A stretch of DNA of 64,000 nucleotides from Macrostomum lignano (taxonomy: Eukaryota): positions 735,362 through 799,361 of the forward strand of contig NIVC01000035.1 in the NCBI GenBank assembly GCA_002269645.1, in the 5' to 3' direction. The stretch's first letter is position 1. Each line of letters begins with the position of its first letter. A program made the position numbers and the translations under genes. Positions 59,801-64,000 of this stretch are shown here, piece by piece. The notes below the pieces were generated by a model. That model made no database searches. It was not told the origin of the DNA and worked only from the letters and a program-made list of their open reading frames with translations.

Positions 59801-61366
59801 CCTAGTCAAAGTCGAAAATGCCGTCATAAATTTGTCCTCTTCCTTAATCGGTACCTGCCAATAGCCTGAATTTAAGTCTAAGCTGCTAAAGTACTGGCTT
59901 CCCGTTAGATGAGAGAAGGTCTCTTGAATATTCGGCAACGGATATGGATAATAGTTAACTCGAGAGTTCAAGACTCTGAAATCGCTGACAATCCTAATCG
60001 TTCCATCTTTCTTAGGCACAATTACTAATGGCGTCGAATAGGTGCTATAGCATGGTCTTATCAAATTCTTAGCGAGCATATCGTCTAACTGTTCGTCTAC
60101 TTGTTTCTGCAGATGCGGTGGTATTCTGCGAGTAGGTATTCTGACTGGCGTCGAGTCCTTTAACGATATCTCGTGAGTCACAAGATGCGTGAGACCCATG
60201 TCTTGATTCGTCTGCGAAAATGCCTTTCTATTCTCTTTGAGTAGCTCGACTACTTTGTCTTTCTGCACTGGTGTTAGCTCATTCGAGATGTTAACCTCCT
60301 GAATCCATTCATCGGCATCCTCAGTATTTTCAGTGCATTTCGCGGAATTGACTTGTCCGGTGTTTTTCTTAGCAACAAAGTATGTTAGCTCTTTGGCTTT
60401 CAATGGCTTGGCAATGCCTACCATTGCTGATTTTCTAATTGTTACGTCATTGCTCTGTCTGTTAATTACTTCTACTACTCCTGTTCCGTCTTTCATCGTT
60501 AGTAGGGTTGGAACCATATCCAATGAGTCTTCGTTTACTGGAATATGTCCTTTAGTCGTCTCGATCATCATCGGCGTACCGTAGTTCACTTCTGCTCTTT
60601 TGGCTAATTTGACTGGTATTCTTAAAGCACTATTAGCTGGTACAACTACTTTGTCATGGCAGTATACTCGGCAAACTCGTACCGGCAACTTAGTAAACTG
60701 CATTGGAATACATTCTCCTGTTTTTAAAATCATCATTCCTTTGTCAAAGCTCATACTCTCGCAAAAGTTCATGAAGAACTCCATTCCTAGAATATCATCG
60801 CATTCGTGATTGCACAGCAGGAATTCGGTCTCAATCTCTATCTCTCCGAACATTACTGTCACTGACACTTCTCCTTCGATCTGTACTCTTGCTCCATCGA
60901 AAGCGGTTACTCTCCGATCAGATGGCCTGATCTCCTGTTCTCTGCATACTCTTCTCCAAGTACTCTTACTTAAGAAGTTGTGACCGGCTCCTGTGTCTAG
61001 TAAGAAACGGATGTTCTGCTTACGAATCTTTCCATCGATAACTGCTTCTCTTCCTTTCTTCTCTGCGCTAGTAATAACTTCTTCATCTGCACTTTCATTC
61101 ATCTTGACGTACTCTTCTCTCGGGCTTGGAGTACTTTTCTTAGGTGAGCAAATAGGTGCACGCGTAGTATTTACATTTGGTACTGTATGTGCATTCACAT
61201 GTTTTTTGTTTGGTTTTCTGAACTTATTATAATCTTCGCATGGCTTATACATGTACTGTTTGCTAACTTTGTACGCATTATTTACAAATTCAGAGGCCTG
61301 GATTTTGCTCTGGATTTCGCTGGAGGGACGTGGCCTCGTAATTCGGCCCTCGCTTCTCAGTTTCCC
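56882..61366 (-). CDS. Gypsy Pol (protease, RT, RNase H, integrase), translated by -1 frameshift from gag
   Basis: FLLDTGAG, YIDD, LDTDASD, H..H/C..C, LHIDLIG, HTDNG, NGLVER. The frame stays open from the slippery site through the ORF-track start at 61252 to the stop at 56882. Confidence 0.95.
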   Translation of the reverse strand, partial: GKLRSEGRITRPRPSSEIQSKIQASEFVNNAYKVSKQYMYKPCEDYNKFRKPNKKHVNAHTVPNVNTTRAPICSPKKSTPSPREEYVKMNESADEEVITSAEKKGREAVIDGKIRKQNIRFLLDTGAGHNFLSKSTWRRVCREQEIRPSDRRVTAFDGARVQIEGEVSVTVMFGEIEIETEFLLCNHECDDILGMEFFMNFCESMSFDKGMMILKTGECIPMQFTKLPVRVCRVYCHDKVVVPANSALRIPVKLAKRAEVNYGTPMMIETTKGHIPVNEDSLDMVPTLLTMKDGTGVVEVINRQSNDVTIRKSAMVGIAKPLKAKELTYFVAKKNTGQVNSAKCTENTEDADEWIQEVNISNELTPVQKDKVVELLKENRKAFSQTNQDMGLTHLVTHEISLKDSTPVRIPTRRIPPHLQKQVDEQLDDMLAKNLIRPCYSTYSTPLVIVPKKDGTIRIVSDFRVLNSRVNYYPYPLPNIQETFSHLTGSQYFSSLDLNSGYWQVPIKEEDKFMTAFSTLTRGQFEYQVMAQGLSNAPGTFQRLMNLVLMGIQHKFAMSYIDDIVTYSEKFEDHLSHLREVFQRLVTAGLKLRPKKCNLFQKELKYLGHIVGREGIKTDPAKIEAIQSWPTPKDVKELRSFLGLCNYYCRFVKNYAEAAHPLFQLTKKGIQNFKEKWTKSHDEAFALLKQKMTSTEVLAYPEFTDNEEVRMVLDTDASDDRIGACLGQIQSDGVERPIAYFSRAMKESEKRYPITRKELLALVDGMKHFRFYLIGKRFLARTDHRAILWLLRQTEAQGILGRWIERLSEFQYDIEHRSGAKHTNADGLSRRPAERLENNQEAKAEKCIKAETGPGRKTPTVTVNRSQTEISSCKHQSCQTDPIREEVEGDEEYEDAREYFEDEEDEYEDASDYFADDEEVYEDAEESFEGTACRKLLTDYLFVPLKKEQLTSAQRDNPSTRTLIAWKEQKIREPELPGDAARELKQMAKFYQQMKLEDELLTIDEDGTRKVVLPENIEREVFRELHDSPLAGHLGRDKTLQRVRDRFWRPGLATAVEKYISECIPCLESKAGNKVKAPVQSFPICEPFHRLHIDLIGPISKESRRGHRYVLTVVDSTTRFPFAFPVRNQKSDTVIKVIQERIFSEYGQCQWIHTDNGKTFVSRQFQAFCRMYGIKHTCTTPYHAQSNGLVERFNKQIKSIITCLVEKDHSDWDLLIPAALVAVRTSVNQTTGFTPHYLLFGREADLRIDSIIRKPRLYYDYPSYVLSHAERLEEAQKIVQKKLEKVRDRREGDNAENKPPKHVPVGCLALINNPQLHSEESHKFHRKKRAAFRVLAQISETVFRVQREIDGVRSGEKMLVHRNNLTPVPNSEIDLPDKQNKEAEPKEKPTNNQKKKELKIKRRPQQQRQPKRTGKQMEPVEVLSESSEDEKIQWRTRAINPNDDEIEQNEIEPNEEEFEQEDESTDSEKTEPAETDDALELDRRERNEDERIEA

Positions 61367-62370
61367 TGATTATTCTGACGATTCGGCATCTGCGGAACGT
61401 TCTGCTTGGCACTCCTGCACTGCTTTGCAATGTGGCCGATCTTCCCGCAGTTATAGCAAGTCTGCGGATGTTGTCTCGGCTGACCCTGGTTCAGGTGCTG
61501 CTGCCGGGCGAACATTTGCTGTGGCGCCTGCGCTCCATACTGTGACCGAACAGGCTGCAGCTGTTGAGGCTGGTATCTCTGCGGATACTGCCTGGCTACT
61601 TGAGCATATGAATAATTCTGCGGGTATTGCTGATTATTCTGCATCTTCTCTTCTCTTAGCTCCTGCAAGGCCTTCTTCTGCTGTTCGATTTCAAACTTCT
61701 GCTTCTTAATGATCTCTTCCAGCCTTTCCTGTTCAGCCCTCTTCTGTTCTTGCTCTTCCTCATTCCTAGCCACTCTCATACCTGAATTCCTGCGGGACAT
61801 GTTCCAGGCTGCTTCCATTCTCCTCAACATCCTTCTGGCTTCCTGTAGATTAGCTGGCTGAGCGAAGATCAGTTTCTCGCGGGTTTCCGGTAGAATTCTG
61901 ACACCCTTGATGAATTGTTCCACGATCTCCTCTTCCCGCTGTTCCACAGTCATGTTCGGGAAGGCTCGCGAAGCTAGCTCAATTAAACAGTCGGTGTACG
62001 ATTCTACTAACTCATTCCTGCCTTGCATTCGGCCTCTAAATTCTTCTCTAAACTCTGCTGAACTTCCGATTCTTCCAAAGCGCTCTATAAGTCTCTCCTT
62101 AAATTCTTCGTACTCCAGATCATCTGGGAGGTTCAGACGCTGAACTGCTGCAAACGCAGTAGCCAGGTCGAGGTTCGCGAGAAGCTCTTGCTTCCGGTGA
62201 TCTTCTTCAATTCCCTCAGCTTCACAGCGCTGGTCAAACGCAGTCAGCCAAATCCTAATATCTTGGCCAGGCGTGAATTTCTGGATTTTCACATGCCTTT
62301 GCGGCCCTAATTCTAATCTGTTTCGTAGCTCTTCAGCTAACATAGCGATTGCATCGTTGGCATTGGCCAT
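61357..62370 (-). CDS. Gypsy Gag (337 aa)
   Basis: Capsid-like F....D...W...F and FR...Q...E.V..Y motifs; CCHC knuckle CYNCGKIGHIAKQC. Confidence 0.94.
   Translation of the reverse strand: MANANDAIAMLAEELRNRLELGPQRHVKIQKFTPGQDIRIWLTAFDQRCEAEGIEEDHRKQELLANLDLATAFAAVQRLNLPDDLEYEEFKERLIERFGRIGSSAEFREEFRGRMQGRNELVESYTDCLIELASRAFPNMTVEQREEEIVEQFIKGVRILPETREKLIFAQPANLQEARRMLRRMEAAWNMSRRNSGMRVARNEEEQEQKRAEQERLEEIIKKQKFEIEQQKKALQELREEKMQNNQQYPQNYSYAQVARQYPQRYQPQQLQPVRSQYGAQAPQQMFARQQHLNQGQPRQHPQTCYNCGKIGHIAKQCRSAKQNVPQMPNRQNNQGN
61360..61366 (-). promoter_or_regulatory. -1 ribosomal frameshift heptamer G GGA AAC
   Basis: In the correct phase immediately before the gag TGA; the -1 frame reads GKLRSEG... 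into MYKPCED of Pol. Downstream GAGGG/CCCTC and GGCC/GGCC pairings are possible. Confidence 0.88.
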
Positions 62371-62471
62371 CTCTCTTCTACTGTTCCTAAAAGAAATTTC
62401 TCACTGATGATTTTCAATTGCCGGAGTTCTTCGCCGTTTCTCTGATCTGTTCGATTCTGGCCGTTTCTCTG

Positions 62472-62489
62472 ATCCCACCGCTGCCACCA
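62472..62489 (-). promoter_or_regulatory. Primer-binding site, tRNA-Leu
   Basis: TGGTGGCAGCGGTGGGAT begins 3 nt after the 5' LTR and is complementary to the 3' end of eukaryotic tRNA-Leu(AAG/UAG) (...AUCCCACCGCUGCCACCA). Confidence 0.92.
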
Positions 62490-62492
62490 AGT

Positions 62493-63499
62493 TGTCGTAG
62501 GCCTTTTGGCTCTCTATAAGAATTTCACCGTTATGCCACCAAGTTGTCGTAGATGTTTCACCTCCTACTTTATCAATTTTAATCTCACCGCTGATACCAA
62601 AGTTGTACTAGGTGTGTTTCCTGTGCACTGAGAATCCTACTAGATGCCACCAAAGTTGTAACAGGGGTGATTCTTTCTTCTTAATAATAATTTCACACTG
62701 TCACCAAAAGCTATCACAGGGCTAATTTACTAATCTCTTAAGTTGGTAGCTGCCACCAGGATTATCCTATTAATAAATTGTGAGTTTATCAATCTTAGAA
62801 TAATCCGAGAAATGTTTCTTAGAATAGGTCTGGGTATTTAGTCTGAGTATTTAGTCTGAGTATTTAGTCTGAGTATTTAATCTGAGTATTTAGTCTGAGT
62901 ATTAGTCTTAGAAAAACTGTTAGCCCTGAGATTTAACTCTTCTAATTATTCTGGTAGCGTTCTATTATTCTGGTAGCGTTCTACTTAATAATGGCCTGAG
63001 CGGTATTTTGGCTTACTGGTATATGTATTTCATGTACTTTGCAAGTCCTTGGGCGTTACCGAGATCAGAGGGTCACAGCCTCCGGTTATTCTTACACGTA
63101 TTACTTCAGATCTACTTCGCAACTTCTTACTACTCAACACTTTCCTTCTTAGTAGTATATATGGTCCACACTTCCGTCTACTTCACTCTTACTTCTTGAA
63201 AGGAATTAACACAGAAAACACTTCTTCAATTCTTATTTTCTCGGAACTCTTACTATTCGTTATAACTGTATTATTAGTGAACCGCGATGCGCGAGGTTGG
63301 CAAGTTGCTCCTTCCTCCGCTGAAATTTGCTTGTATTTATAGTAAAATTCTAGTAGATTTTAAACAAAAATTAGTTCGCGTAAAATATTATACAAAACAC
63401 GAATATTAAAACAAAAATGCGTCGTAGTTATTTGGCGTGAATTTAAAATGTAATAACCGATAGCTATTTTTAGAAAGAAATCGGGAGGGGCCCTTTACA
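62493..63499 (-). repeat. 5' LTR of Gypsy element
   Basis: On -: TGTAAAGGG...CTACGACA; TATAAATA at 63334-63341; internal 13-bp repeat (GAGTATTTAGTCT, about 6 copies) and the PBS-like array. Confidence 0.97.
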
Positions 63500-64000
63500 A
63501 TAATATCAATTAGGATTAACTTTAAGACTTGAAATTAAACAAAATTGCATTGAAATAGTTTAAACTATATGTAAAATTTAAAGATTATTGGTATAGGCAT
63601 AAGTGGAGCAGCACTGCAAAGGATTTGGTGAAAAAAATGCACTATCAGTTTTTTGCACTTTGAGATAAGAATACCATTTTTAGTATATGGAAGTCTTAGG
63701 GGCCTAAAATTAGGAAGTTCTAAAGTAGCCTATTTAAGATATTTTTTGTAGTAAGTTTAGGGTGGGTGCAAAAATTGATGTAATTAAGTTAAGCAATTTG
63801 GAAGTATATAGCAAAGTAATTTAAACACAAACATACAAAAAAAGATTAATTTTTTTATAGTTGGAAATATAAATTTAATATAATTACATTTAGGCCTATA
63901 TATAATTATATATAATTTCAAACAAATAATAAACATATGCCTCAGATTTGCAAACTGAGGCATATGTTTATTATTTTGTTTTATATAGCATAAACTAAGT

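Larger units (their letters stand above)
53914..63499 (-). mobile_element. Full-length, recently inserted Ty3/Gypsy LTR retrotransposon with a third ORF
   Basis: 1007-bp LTRs, 4-bp TSD ATAA (53910-53913, 63500-63503), tRNA-Leu PBS, PPT, intact gag and pol joined by a -1 frameshift, and an extra ORF before the 3' LTR. Confidence 0.97.

Noticed and set aside
1-64000. tRNA, rRNA, snRNA, spliced-leader and hammerhead ribozyme genes
   Set aside because: No convincing motifs by eye; the only tRNA-related sequences are PBS complements. A covariance-model scan would be needed to exclude them.

Overview
Repeat-rich, intron-containing animal (invertebrate-like) genomic DNA. It is not prokaryotic, and I found no CRISPR array, rRNA or tRNA gene. 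The first ~19 kb is dominated by tandem arrays: a 10.4-kb 30-bp satellite with nested higher-order structure, plus 28-, 27- and 23/24-bp minisatellites. Host genes are an intronless aminergic (D1/octopamine-like) GPCR (34802-36295), a two-exon p24/TMED gene (41440-42718), a possible PAGR1-like exon and an orphan single-TM ORF. There are four LTR-retrotransposon units: a young BEL/Pao copy (25877-31723) whose integrase core is deleted in frame, a young full-length Ty3/Gypsy copy on the minus strand (53914-63499), and two decayed Gypsy relics. Several MITEs and a long-TIR foldback element are also present. The most unusual object is the young Gypsy element. Its 1007-bp LTR carries five degenerate copies of its own LTR-end plus tRNA-Leu primer-binding-site junction at 52-58-bp spacing. 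It also encodes a non-env 358-aa third ORF with its own TATA/CCAAT module, and its Pol has three FFAT-like motifs in an acidic linker. All family assignments come from motif recognition by eye; no database searches were run.
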